A DNA stretch of 64,000 bases from Paraspadella gotoi (Eukaryota > Animalia > Chaetognatha), in the NCBI GenBank assembly GCA_051294375.1, contig CM119263.1, positions 23,322,403 through 23,386,402 of the forward strand, written 5' to 3'. This document shows, in pieces, positions 25,544-44,669 of this stretch (positions within the stretch are counted from its first letter, which is position 1; each line of letters opens with the position of its first letter). The notes under the pieces were generated by a model. It was not told the origin of the DNA, did no database searches, and worked only from the letters and a program-made list of their open reading frames with translations. Position numbers and translations under genes: made by a program.

Positions 25544-27146
25544 TGTCTACGCAATAAATGCATTTTAAGCGATATGAAACGCCTTTAAATCAACTTTTTA
25601 TCTCGCTGATTTTAAAAAGTACAGCAGGTTGATAAATCGAAACGAATGCAGTTTTAAACATGAAAAGTCAATACTGAATCCGTTTCCATAATTTTTGTTT
25701 CATAATTAACCGAAGTTTTAATTCATCCGCGACTATGTATATTTAAGCATTCAGCAATAATGTTGATCAATGAAAAATCATTTGCATGAACCCCGATTTC
25801 TGAATTTAATTCAACATTACAATGACGATAGGATAACTGCTGATGCTCAACGAACTAGGAAGAGTTAAGAATGATATAAGGCGGTACAATGATAGGAAAG
25901 ACTAGGGTATATCGAAGAGAGGGGGATAAAGCGAAAAATTCGGTGGGTGTGCCGTAAAACTAGAAACTACACAAAGCCAAATAGACTGATATTATAAATA
26001 ATAACACGTTAACTATTCATCAATCAATTTTATTATAAATTTAATAAACAAATCAACGTTTTTATAATATTGCTAAAATATTCTTTTAGAAATCCTCAAA
26101 ATTCCGTACACCTCTAGAAAAAAAATTCATCATCGGGCAAATCATATTGCTTGTTTAAATTTAAAGGCTGGAGCAAGTCGTAATAATTATGATTATTTCA
26201 TGAACCAAATGTTTGTAAAGAAAAAAAAATAAGGCAAGGGTCTATGAAACAGATAAAATTACCCAGCACATATAGACTAAATCTTTAAGACATATTAATA
26301 AATAGTTAAAATATTTATACATTAAAACATAAGTATTTTTTGTAGCAGTCAATTTGGATCAAAGTACTTGAAAAAAAAATACTAAGCCTCAGGGAAGCGA
26401 TGTTTAATGTTATACATATCTCCAAAAATGTTTTACCTTAACAATGAAAGCGAATTCAATACATATACATGTAATTGATTATAATTGTTATTCTATTTAT
26501 GGTTATATTTTAAAAATCATTTCCATAACCTTTGCCATTCTCCTCCGCGTTCCATTCGTCCTCTTCCTCCTCTCTCTCTCTCTTCCACCATCAGTGGTCG
26601 CTCAGTTGTCCTCTTCCATCGGATGCAATTTCCACATACTCTTGGTCCCACGTTCGATATTCAGTCTCGAAAAAAGGACAAACGCTGCTAACAAGGTCAA
26701 TAGCAGCCAACAAAAAACTATCCAACCTTCGTATTGAAGTGTAAATATTTTTAATACTAATATCGCTGCTATGCAGTGCGTATATTAACTGATAATTGAA
26801 TGAAGTTTTAATTAGTAATACCTAAATATAAAAATAAAGAAGACTCGTCCTGACATTTTTAAGTACTGCACTTCACCACATACCGAGTGTTTAATACTTT
26901 GTCATTCATGCTCATAGTAGCTGAAAAAAAGGTCTTATTACCTAATACTTATTTCTATCAATTTATTTATGTTTTGCAGCTGCAATTGAACAGTGTTAAC
27001 AGTGGTTTAACTCCAACTTTATAAACTCACATATCCGATACAGGCAAGTATCATTGAAGAGGACAGTTTTTTAAGAATCAAAAATTCAAGTTTTAAAACA
27101 TTTCATTTTTACCACTTGTTATATTTAGAAAAAAATCACCATAAGC

Positions 27147-27712
27147 ATGGACCGAAATATCACGAGCGTCGGTCTTGCTTTGGCCTTTATTTTTCTCGCC
27201 GGTTTCATTCATGGCAGACTCGCTACACCCACTGGTCCAGGTTTTATCTGTTTTGATTAATAATAAATAATAAATATAAATAATAATAAATACAAAAAAT
27301 GTACAAGATAACACTTTTATTGCACCAATTTTAGACGACTAACTGTTATACTAACTTTTATACAGGGGAAGACGTTCATAATAATAATGAACGTTTAAAA
27401 AGGGCACATGATGATGATAAAGAGCAACCACAGATTTTTGTGAGTGATAACCCATATAATAGGTAAGTCTATTAACTTAGTTTTTTGCATTCTATGTAAA
27501 TAAAAAGCGTTCGTCATTAAAGAAAGGGAGTTTATAGGAAGCACATAGTTATCTCAGACTCTTTTATTATTTTCTTTTAATTTTCTGGCTTCTGGCAAAA
27601 AAGAGCAAGTCAATTCAAAACGGATATGTATCGCATCCTAACAATCTTTCTTTTTTTAGCATTTACTCTAGCCGTTTTTTTTCTTGTTTGGCGTTTTTGC
27701 AGCGGTGAATAA
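27147..27712 (+). CDS. Unrecognised type I membrane microprotein, isoform A (99 aa)
   Basis: Exons 27147-27240, 27366-27462 and 27604-27712 (300 nt, phases 1 and 2) give MDRNITSVGLALAFIFLAGFIHGRLATPTGP GEDVHNNNERLKRAHDDDKEQPQIFVSDNPYN RASQFKTDMYRILTIFLFLAFTLAVFFLVWRFCSGE. Signal peptide, RLKR site and one TM helix. Confidence 0.75.
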
Positions 27713-28452
27713 AAACAGTAAAATATTGACGTTGCCATTTCTGTTTTAACAATCCTACAATGGTGACAAGATTATGATTTCAATTTTGAAAACTAAGTAA
27801 TGAAAGTTCGTTTTTTTTAAAATCTATTTGTTTCCAATGCTCAAAAATTATGCTATAATTCAGAAATACTTATTTTCTAAATGAATAGAATAACCGGAGC
27901 TATCTCCCATTTCATGATAAAGGAAGCTTAAATGTCTTTTTTACTTGCTACGTTTGCAAAGTTTTTAAAAGTATTCTTAAAGCTTAACGTCGAAAATACC
28001 ATTTGGTATATGATATATTATATCCAAAACGGTTTGAATTGAATAAATTTCAAATTTTTTAAAAATTCTAATATTTGACCAATTTGACTACTAATTAGAA
28101 TTTTTAATAATAATTGCAAATCACAAAATAAAAGCTTTGCTTGTATTGATAACGAGTAAGGAAACCTCTTATGTTACAATTTATAAAATGGCATGACAAT
28201 GTTTTTCATTTCCTTTTCAGCATTAAAAGATGTTTTAAGCTTGATCTAATAATTGAATTTGATACGTTTGCGAAATCATTCAGAAATATCTCCTAATAAT
28301 AATTTATATTAATTTTTTTAATTATACCGAGCATGGAATTTCTGATATTTCTTCTACATTTGCTTCTTTAACGAGTTAATTTAAGGAAGAGAAGCAGGCA
28401 AAATTAATGATACTAAAATTTTATTTTACAATTATAATTAGTTATATTTTAG

Positions 28453-29687
28453 GTATAATGTACCATGTAACTTTAAAGAAAGATGTTAATAATAAACGCC
28501 GATATACTTACTTAACTGGCAACAGTTTCCAATGGTATGTATATTTTATAATGGGTAGTCTAATTCTCTCTTGCAAGTTATGTCTACCAGCTGAACTATC
28601 ATTTTGGATGCAATATAATTGAATTCATAAATTATTAAATTAAAACAAATCAAAATATCCGATTCGCGACTAAAACACTACTATAATTTATAACTTAAAA
28701 ACTAGAAGACAAAAAATATGTTAACGATAAGAAAAAATTAAATTAATAAGTATTATTTATTGATATTATTATAAAATATTCGATTTAAATGATATCTGCT
28801 TGCGATGAAATTCCTAAAATTAACTCATGACAAATACGTATTGCATAACTACCTTAAAAAGCTATTGTACTGGAGTATACTTATGATAAAGTTGTCATTC
28901 ACAATTTGTCCAAACTTTAGAAGAATATATTCATGGTGATTATAAATTAGTTTGACAAAGCGTTTAACTTGGGCAAGCTACAAAATGAACTGAGCTCAAT
29001 TCCCAGAATTTTTTAAAAAATCCTATAATGAAAAACTGTCAAGAAAGCTAGTTCGAATCCTAAGGGAAAAAAATTAAATCGTTAACATAAAAAAATTATT
29101 TGGGATGACCACAAAGCTCGAGGTTTTTTAATCAGTTAATGTTTACTTGTTACATGGCTGATGAGTGCAGACTTAGTAGCAGTCAGCGTCTAAGATGATA
29201 TGGAGAAATAGTAAAGCTTAAAATATTAGAGAATTCTAACAGTTATAAGCTTCCTAACCCAAAGGTCCGGGGTTACAACCCGGTGGCTCGAGCAGTTAAG
29301 TTGGACGTGGCACTTAAGCCCCCTGTAGCATTGTGTTAAAGCCTGATCCGAAACACAAGGAGTGCTAATTTATTATTCAATTAATAACTATTATTCTGTC
29401 TTTTCAGTTTTCAGTATTAATGAAAAAAAATTATCTGCTTTTTTCTGTTATAATATTACGACCAAAAATATATTTATTAGGTTATCTTACGTTTTACTGA
29501 TTTTTACCATCGCTCTGATATTTGGTTATCATAATACCGAAAACCATTTTCAGTATGCACTTTTTTTTTCAGGCCTAGCAACTGGAATTTGGATATGTAC
29601 AGACTCCTGGCCATTGTATTATTTCTTGCTTTCGCGGTCATCATGTACTTCGTTGTATGGCGCTTTTGTAGTGGACCTCCAGCATAA
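28453..29687 (+). CDS. Duplicated alternative C-terminal exons (or tandem paralog) of the microprotein
   Basis: Exon 29573-29687 (phase 2) encodes PSNWNLDMYRLLAIVLFLAFAVIMYFVVWRFCSGPPA*, 19/29 identical to exon 27604-27712 with many synonymous differences. Candidate middle exon 28453-28534 (phase 1 to 2) encodes GIMYHVTLKKDVNNKRRYTYLTGNSFQW. Confidence 0.65.
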
Positions 29688-30566
29688 AATACGTATTGTC
29701 ATTAAGATTCAGAAGCGATATTAAAAAACTTTTCACATTTACATACATAAAAAATTGCATATGGCAAAAATTATGCCGAATGTTTAATAAGCGTGAAAGA
29801 AAATAAACTGGAAAGTTACAAATAAAGTTATAAATAAATTGGATAGTTTTTCTTGTCAATTTTTTTTTATTTAATCCATTTTTTTGTTTTATTATTAGTT
29901 TACATAAATAGACATTAGTTTAACTAAAATATAATTCGGCATTAACTAGCCAACCTTGAGTATCAACTACAGAAGAAATCTCATTGAACTATACTGAAAT
30001 TTGTCACGGCTTTATAAAAAAAACTTTTATGGCCAAAATTCGTCTCTCACTTTTATCCTTATCTTAGACATTTAATTTAACAAAATCAATGATTCTAAAA
30101 ACAAAGCAACTCTATTTTCCCCCCAAAAAAGATAGGGGGATTTAAATGTATAACGACTTAGTACAAACAGTTGAATAGCGATAGCAATAGCTCGAAGCGT
30201 TGCAATTGTATTCTGCCAAATTTTTTTATCTTAATCCTTTTAAAACAGAAATTGATCAAATATTCTGCAAAATGTTTTAAATTAAATTTCATTTTAGAGG
30301 AAATGTTATTATTATAATTCAAGTTCTAGAATTGTAAATTATTATGTAGCTTTTAATGTTGAAAAATAAATTCGATCGTTTCTTTACAAAAGTCTTTTTT
30401 AATTTTATTATTCTTAATTTTTATAATTTCATTTTTGCCTTCGATTCATTCTAGGTATTTGTACATACTCTCGTCGCGAGTTTATGGAATAGCAAATCCA
30501 CAAGACGTATCATACTTGAGTATCGGTCATCTTTTTTCATGTTTAAATGCGAATAAATTACAAAGA

Positions 30567-30770
30567 ATCCACCAATCGTTCATCAGTGGCCATTCGTGCC
30601 GGAGGCAAGTCATTCGCCTCCCAACCCAAAGGTCCGGTGGTCGCCTCGCAGTTAAGAGAGACGGGGCGCTGAACCCGCTTGTAACGGTGTTACAGCCTGA
30701 TCCGAAGCTCAGGGACTGCTTATATTGAACGGTTTTGTCACTAACACAATAATAATTACTGTCTCTTTAG
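30567..30770 (+). mobile_element. tRNA-derived SINE copy
   Basis: Homologous to 36903-37139. Confidence 0.8.
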
Positions 30771-30821
30771 TATTAAGCAAACTGTCACTTTACAAATACA
30801 TACAGTAAATCCGTACAGTTA

Positions 30822-31041
30822 ACAATAATTACTGTCACTTTAGATTTTTTTGTCAGTGACAAAACCGTTCAATATTTAAGCAGTCCCTGAGCTTCGGATC
30901 AGGCTGTACCAACATGATACAGGCGGGTGAAGCGCCCCATCTTAACTGCTAGGCAACCACCTCGCTAGAACCCCAGACCTTTGGGTTGGGAGGCGTTGGG
31001 AGGCCACTGATGAAAGGTTGGTGGATTTTAATCCACCATAA
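30822..31041 (-). mobile_element. tRNA-derived SINE copy, tail-to-tail with 30567-30770
   Basis: Reverse-complement homology to 36903-37139. Partial copies also at 20590-20672 (-) and 29251-29410 (+). Confidence 0.8.
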
Positions 31042-31121
31042 ATCATTTACTATACTCGTTGGATCCAAAAGTTATTGCAGTTTATTATGTTCATTTTTAA
31101 AATCAAATGATTATACCACAT

Positions 31122-32663
31122 TAAGGGGTGAACTTAGGTAATATTTTGCCTGATTAACTGAGCAAAGTGTTACTGAAATTGCCTAGGTAAAGAAATGTTT
31201 TTCTTAATTAATATAGGCAATTTCTGAATCAAAATATTTTGCTTATATTTATTTTTAAAGATAATTTTGTTATTATATATTTTAAGCTTAAAAATACTTT
31301 TCCCAATTGGCATGAAATATGAGTATCAGCATTAAGTATGTAAACTACTTGGCTACTACCAGACCCAGAACCAATAAAATTATTAAAAAGATTAATTCAT
31401 TGATAAATAAAAAAATTAACAGATAATAAAGAAATTAGTAATAACAATAAGGAAGCATACATGTAAAGAGATTTGCAATGTAACTTATTCAGTTTATCCT
31501 GATATGATTGACAATATTAAAACCTTGATCAAAGATGATGTAAAAAAAGACTCAAATCGCCCAAAAATGTTTTGTATCTTATTTAGAATGTCAAAGCTCA
31601 TTAGAATTCTTTGCAGAATATGATATGGATTACTCAATACCTCCCTAGCTGATTATATTAAAAGATTTGAGCTCATATGGAAAGTAAATATCCTATGTAT
31701 ATGATTTTAAAAATAAAAATCTAAAAAAATTCTTCCATTTTTCATCATTAACAAAGATTTTAACTCAAAGTAAAAATGACATTCTTGAACATACTGAAAA
31801 ATGTTTATCTTATTAAAACAACTATATAATAGACTCCAACCCCTGTCACCAAACACCAAACATATTTTTAGCTATTAATTTTTTTTATAAAATTATTTTA
31901 TCTTTCATTAAAACATTTGGGCTAAAACTTATTGAATTTCAATGTTGAGCAAATTAAAGTTTTTATTTGATAAAGATTTTGTTTAAAAATTAATACCAAA
32001 AAATATCCTATTTTGTTATTTTTTTAATTTTATATGAAAATTTGCAAAATTACTTGTTTCACTATCCTATATTTTTATATTTTATGAATGTTTTACTATT
32101 TAAAACTTTGTGTGTAAATCCTTTCACTCTCTCTCTCTCTCTCTCCCTCTTCTTCTTGTAGAAAAATTTGTGAGCATTTCACAAAAACTTTGACACTGAT
32201 GAAGGCTCAAACTGTGAGCCGAAACACGTTCGTCTAACAATAAAAATTGTTGTTGCAATTAACTTATTTGTCTTCTAAACTATTTAAATTATATTATTAT
32301 ATATATATTACTTTTTAAAAATATTATTTGCTTATAATATCTAATAACTCATTTTGGGAGGGGAAAGTCAGTGTTGTCTTCTGGAAATAGAGGGAGCATC
32401 TATATAACACAAGGTTAGACTACAATAGAATACAATTAGACTACAATATTTTAATAATATCATTTGGCTTCAAATTATTAAAGATAACCTTTCCTTTTTA
32501 AATCTTAGCAAATTAGATCATAAGTTTATCAGTTATATCTTAGTTTTAAAGATCCTTTCCTCAATTAAAAATTGCCTACTTTTATTCAGTTAACTACTAA
32601 GTAAACCAAAAAATTGTCTATAAACCTATTTAAGAAAAAATCTTTGCCTAAGTTCACCCCTTA
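31122..32663. mobile_element. Non-autonomous DNA transposon, hAT-like
   Basis: Perfect 17-bp TIRs taaggggtgaacttagg / cctaagttcacccctta and 8-bp TSD taccacat / tatcacat (7/8). No intact transposase. Other 8-bp-TSD superfamilies are not excluded. Confidence 0.8.
32191..32235 (+). ncRNA. Minimal type I hammerhead ribozyme motif in a Penelope-like LTR fragment
   Basis: CTGATGA-a-GGCTCA aactg TGAGCC-GAAAC acGT..., followed by aataaa and preceded by (CT)n. Stem I is weak, so it may be inactive. Confidence 0.6.
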
Positions 32664-34685
32664 TATCACATAGCACTAAAAAACCAGTTTTCCCGGATTA
32701 AATTTTATTATCAGGGATACTAACGTTATCTATATTACAGAACTGCTAGTTTTATATATAGTACAAACCTTATAAATGATACAATTTCAAAGTATGATTT
32801 TTTTATAGATTTGAATTTGTCATAAAAAATTGATAACTCCTTTTTAAAGATTCTTTCAAGTTTCATTAAGATCATCGAGTTCTTTCATTAAGTTCATTAA
32901 GTGAAAAATCAGAAAAACTTATTTTAAACTGAAATTTAACTTTTTATATATTAAATGTTTTAATTTTTAACCCACTTAATGAAAAAAAAAAAGATTTATA
33001 TTTTCTTTTATCAACTTTTAGAGAAGAATTTCCAGTGCTCCTATTAAATTAATAATTTACCTTAGCAATTTGACACAAAGTTCATTTGTAAAGTGACACT
33101 ACCCTTGAGACAAGAATATTTAGCTATATATCATTAAGTAGACAGATGCCGTCGCATAACCAGTGACCACCATACGAATATACGTATTTAACAGTAAGTT
33201 ACTTAATGCGTATGTAGAAGGCAGGATTTGTGAAACGTTTGTTATATACCTTAGGATACGAACATATGAAAAAGTACATGCGGCGAATCACTTGGCAATT
33301 GATTATTGTAATTCATCATATATTTATTTATTAATATTTTAACTTCTCCAAGAGTTCAGTCAAGACTAATAAGTTATTACCAAGCATCTGCTCTTTCTAC
33401 ACCTATTTTAAGGCACTAGGCAAAAAAATTGACTAGATAGCTAAGCCGAATTAAAATCTTTTTATCTAAGTTGCAGTTATGAAAAAAGCCAAATGTACAA
33501 CAAATATAATTACAAACACATATCGCCATGCAACGTAGGTCTACCGCATAAATCAAAATATGGCACTCACAAAATAGATTATGATATGCTCCTTCAATTG
33601 GCTTAAACCTACTAAACTAAAAAGAAAAAAAAAACCTTTTTTCATCTTTGTACTTGTTACTTGAATTTGTGGAATTTTCATCATTTACAGCTCATGGGTT
33701 CCGTCACAAAGCTCAAGGAAAGGATTAGGATGAGAAATAATTGGAACAATTCTCAATATTAAAAAGTTGTGATAGGAACGGTACAAAAATTTTAAAGCAA
33801 GATAACACAACCGAAAAATACAGATGTGATAGTCTGACACAGGGCTTAATATTATAAAATGATGCGACTTTTGTGAGCATAATCGGTTTCGACCAAACAA
33901 CGATGCGGAATTAGATGAAATTTGAGAGGGATAAGACTATTCAAATAAAAATATCGGGGCGATTTTTAAAAAAATATTTTTCCTTAATTTTAATCTTAAT
34001 TTGATGTCTTAATCTTAAGGTTAAGACATCAAAAAATTTATTAAATGAAAATAATTTTTTTTCCACTTTAACCCCCACTTGGGATACAACCTCATGGCCC
34101 TGTATCTCCAATCAGGAGTTGACCATCAAATTTCGCCTTGATATTTCAATTTAAATTAACATTAAGATTTTGTTGACATATTTTTATCCAATTTGGACCA
34201 ATAGTTTGGTCGGAACTTGGTATGGTCACAAATAATGACATTTTAGAATAAGAAGCCTTATTTAAACAAATCACGTCAATTTTAAATATTAACATTTTAT
34301 CTTTGATTAAAATCTTTGCATAAAATATTTGGAATATAATAAGATAGAAAAATTAATTTGCACCGAGTAGTGAGACTTTTTAAATATTAATAAAAAAGTT
34401 TTTAAAGGTTTTCTGTGTAATGTAAGAATAAACATTTCAAACCAAATGCATTAAAACATCTTGACTTAACAAAAAGGTAACCTCTAAAAAATTGAACAGG
34501 ATGTACAATTGGAGATATCATCATGAACAGAATGAAAAGGACAACCATTTTTGTATATAAGGTATGAATATAGTACAATGTAATTGTGATGGTAAAACAT
34601 TTTTTTTTGGAGATTAAAGACGAGGATGATGGAGGCCATAACACGTTTAAAAAAATTCGTATAACTCCGGAACCCTTATAATGGG

Positions 34686-41636
<6,951 letters not shown>

Positions 41637-42411
41637 CCTGAAACGGAAGCTAACCTCATATGTTGTTCATATTTGAACAATTATCGAATCTGGCGATTCA
41701 TGGAGATTATCTGCGGGCAAAAAATAAAAATCAAGTATTATTTTATGATGTGAAAAACATCGAAATATTTGAAAATCAGTCACGAAAAATAAACTGGTTT
41801 TCATGTTCTTTATTAAAGTGACCGAATTAATCGTATTTAGTAGAGGAGCTTGTGTTTGAAGGGAGAGTGATACTATTTAAAGCGAGATGGATATGTATAA
41901 AGCGAATCCCAAGCAACAGGAGAACGAAAAAACATTTCTATAAAAGAAAGTCGACAAACGAGAAAAAAAAATTCCATCAAAGAGCAAGGGAGAGAGAGAC
42001 CGATAGGTTTCACTCTCTCGATTTCTGCTCTCCAAAAAATCGAAGGTGTTTTCACGAAATCGAGCAAGGACTGATTTTTTTTCTCAGCGGGTTGGTCAGA
42101 GAGAGAGAGAGATTACGTCAGAGACGGTTCGGACCTCTCTCAGCCTCGATACCCTCAGACAGGCCGCGTCGGCTGCGGTTGCTGTCACAACCGAGGCTAC
42201 TGGCCGCGACGAGGTTTGGATTCTCGATGCTAACTTAAAACTCGAAATGAACTCGGACGAAGAGTACACGTGTTTCATCTTTCAAAGGCAGAATGCTCTC
42301 CAATTAAAACGAAGACAAAGTTATAAGAAAAGAAAATTAAACTATTTTAAATGAACGAACCTAGGTCTAAGACTGAGATAGGGGCATAAGAACATAAATA
42401 ACCTCGTTACT

Positions 42412-42462
42412 AGGTCGACATGACCCCAGGGGTTCATCCAGGTCAGGCACGGTTGACCTTGG
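42412..42462. promoter_or_regulatory. Cluster of nuclear-receptor half-sites upstream of RXR
   Basis: AGGTCG 42412, TGACCC 42421, GGTTCA 42431, AGGTCA 42440 and TGACCTTGG 42454 (reverse CCAAGGTCA). Confidence 0.5.
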
Positions 42463-43193
42463 GAGGCCAGTTAGGCAACAATCGGATGAGGGTCGGTAAC
42501 GGCGTGAATTCATTAATGAAGAGGGCATCATTTCAAAATATAACATGAAATTGGTACAACCAATATGAAAACTAACCATTTATTCAATAAGTAAGTTTCT
42601 TATCTCTTACCGAATAGGTTAATGCCTCCCTCACTCTTACAAGCTTTTAATCATGATTCTAACAGTCTAATGCAATTTCTAGATAATTTCGTTTTTGATA
42701 AATCTAAACGTTTTAACATTTAGAATTGTAACATAAAAATGTTAATTGTTTATATGCTACTTTAATACTAGATTACAAAATAACCTGTCCGAATAAAAGG
42801 TAGACATAGCTTTATAATTGAAATGGTTATATTAAAATTGATATTAATGTTAACATACTGATTTTTACTAATTCGTTAATAAAAAGTTAACCTAAAAAAT
42901 GAAGACCTCTGATTCATGGATACCATTGTGAAGCATCCTTAACAAATGGAATAAAAAGTTGCATAAGAAACAAGGAAAGCGCGTTGCCATCCGATGTCAA
43001 GAGGTGAAATGGGGTCTGCCTGTCACGTGATAGCGGCGGAATTCGAACTTTCACGGCTTCAAATAAAGTAAGTCGAGTCAACTAATTCGCCAAAAATATA
43101 AAAATTAAACTTCGGAAAAGAAAAAAAAATCGAGTATTTACGATTTAAAATGTTATGCCATTAAAAAGATTATTTGAATTGAACACTGAACAG

Positions 43194-43804
43194 TAGGGTG
43201 AAGTGAAAGTTTGGAATCAAAATTTAACAGATATATTTTGAAAACGATGATATTAATGAATAATAATTTATAATTATTTTTTTTAATAAATATTATAGCC
43301 CAATCAGTTTATTTTGTATATCGTACGACCCTTATATAATTTTAAAATAGTTTTTTTAAAAAATTGAAAGCGGATTCAGAATCCTGATAAAAAGTTGATA
43401 AAGGAAAATATAAATCTTTTTTAAAAATTATATCATTGTATTAAAATTATAAAAAAAAAATTTTTTAAACTTAAAATTATAAATCAACATTTTTAATATA
43501 GTTTACATTTTAAACCAACTTAATGAAATAATTTTCAAAAAGGAATTATACTTTCTTATATCAACTTTTTGCAAGGAATCCAAATCAGTGCTTAAAATTT
43601 TAAATTTTTATTTTAAAATTTTAGCTTATTATATACTTATTATATATAAATATAGCTCACTGTGCTCACTAACATATAAAATTAAAAAATAAATTTATCA
43701 AAAAATTTTTATTAGTTTTTATTTTTATATTCTATATGCTAATTTTTAATTTAATTTAATTAAAATTTAATTCTATAAAATTCTATTATTTTCACATCGC
43801 TCTA
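43194..43804. mobile_element. hAT-family MITE
   Basis: Imperfect TIRs tagggtgaagtgaaa / tttcacatcgctcta and perfect 8-bp TSD ctgaacag (43186-43193, 43805-43812). Confidence 0.85.
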
Positions 43805-44669
43805 CTGAACAGATACTTAGGTTTCACAGAGGTAATTGAAAAAAAAAGGCTGCCCGCTGCCGACAGCTTGAGGCCGGGGTTGAAAGATTTCTCCTCTTCC
43901 TAATAGAATCCTTTCTCCTCTGAAACACACCGAGCACACACTCAAAACTGATGCTTGAATTTCGATGGCATCTCTTCCCTTTTCAAAATAGAATTCACAT
44001 AATTATGACCATATCTGTTCTCTCAGCTTATATACAAATCCTCAGTTCTCAGCGTGAGTGTCTTAAAAATGTTTTATTACTACATCCTAAAAATTCTTAA
44101 AATTGTTGGGATCATAAAGTTGATAAACATAAGTATACATTCTCTTAGCAGACGGGTCATATACTCTAAAGAAAATCTCACCTTATTTAAAAATGTACAG
44201 TATTTTAATTATTATTACTCTTAATTAGACAAGAAAAACATTCTGCGGGAGTACAAACCGATTAAAAAAGTGAAAAATATGGTCAAGAAAAAAATAGCTG
44301 AAATGGAGTCAGAAAATTAATAGGACACTTACCTACAACGGAGATAAAACACGACATCCACATAACTGTTTAGTTGGTGCAAAGTTTTTTACGTTTAACA
44401 AAACAGCGCTACTTTATAGAAGCACTAAAAAAGCATAAAGAAACGAGAATATTAACGAATCAACGCAATTAGTTTCAAATATGACAAATCTGTATTCAAT
44501 TGATTATCTAATACGTATAATCATGAAAAAATCTTCGGTAACGCACAAGTTAGTCACGAGTCAAGACAAAATAGTAACAAACTTTTTAAGTAATCTTATG
44601 AAGACACTGGAGTATCCCCATTCCCCAAGGATCAGTTCGTGAAACTGTCCACACTGTCAAGTGTCACTG

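Noticed and set aside
28333-28371. Separate first exon for a second microprotein paralog
   Set aside because: The hydrophobic MEFLIFLLHLLL frame stops after 12 codons, so shared use of exon 27147-27240 is the simpler model.
34402-34450. Second GLKCL motif downstream of the RXR last exon (possible duplicate H11-H12 exon)
   Set aside because: No AG acceptor at the required position (tttG) and no AF-2-like sequence follows; probably coincidence in the 3' UTR.
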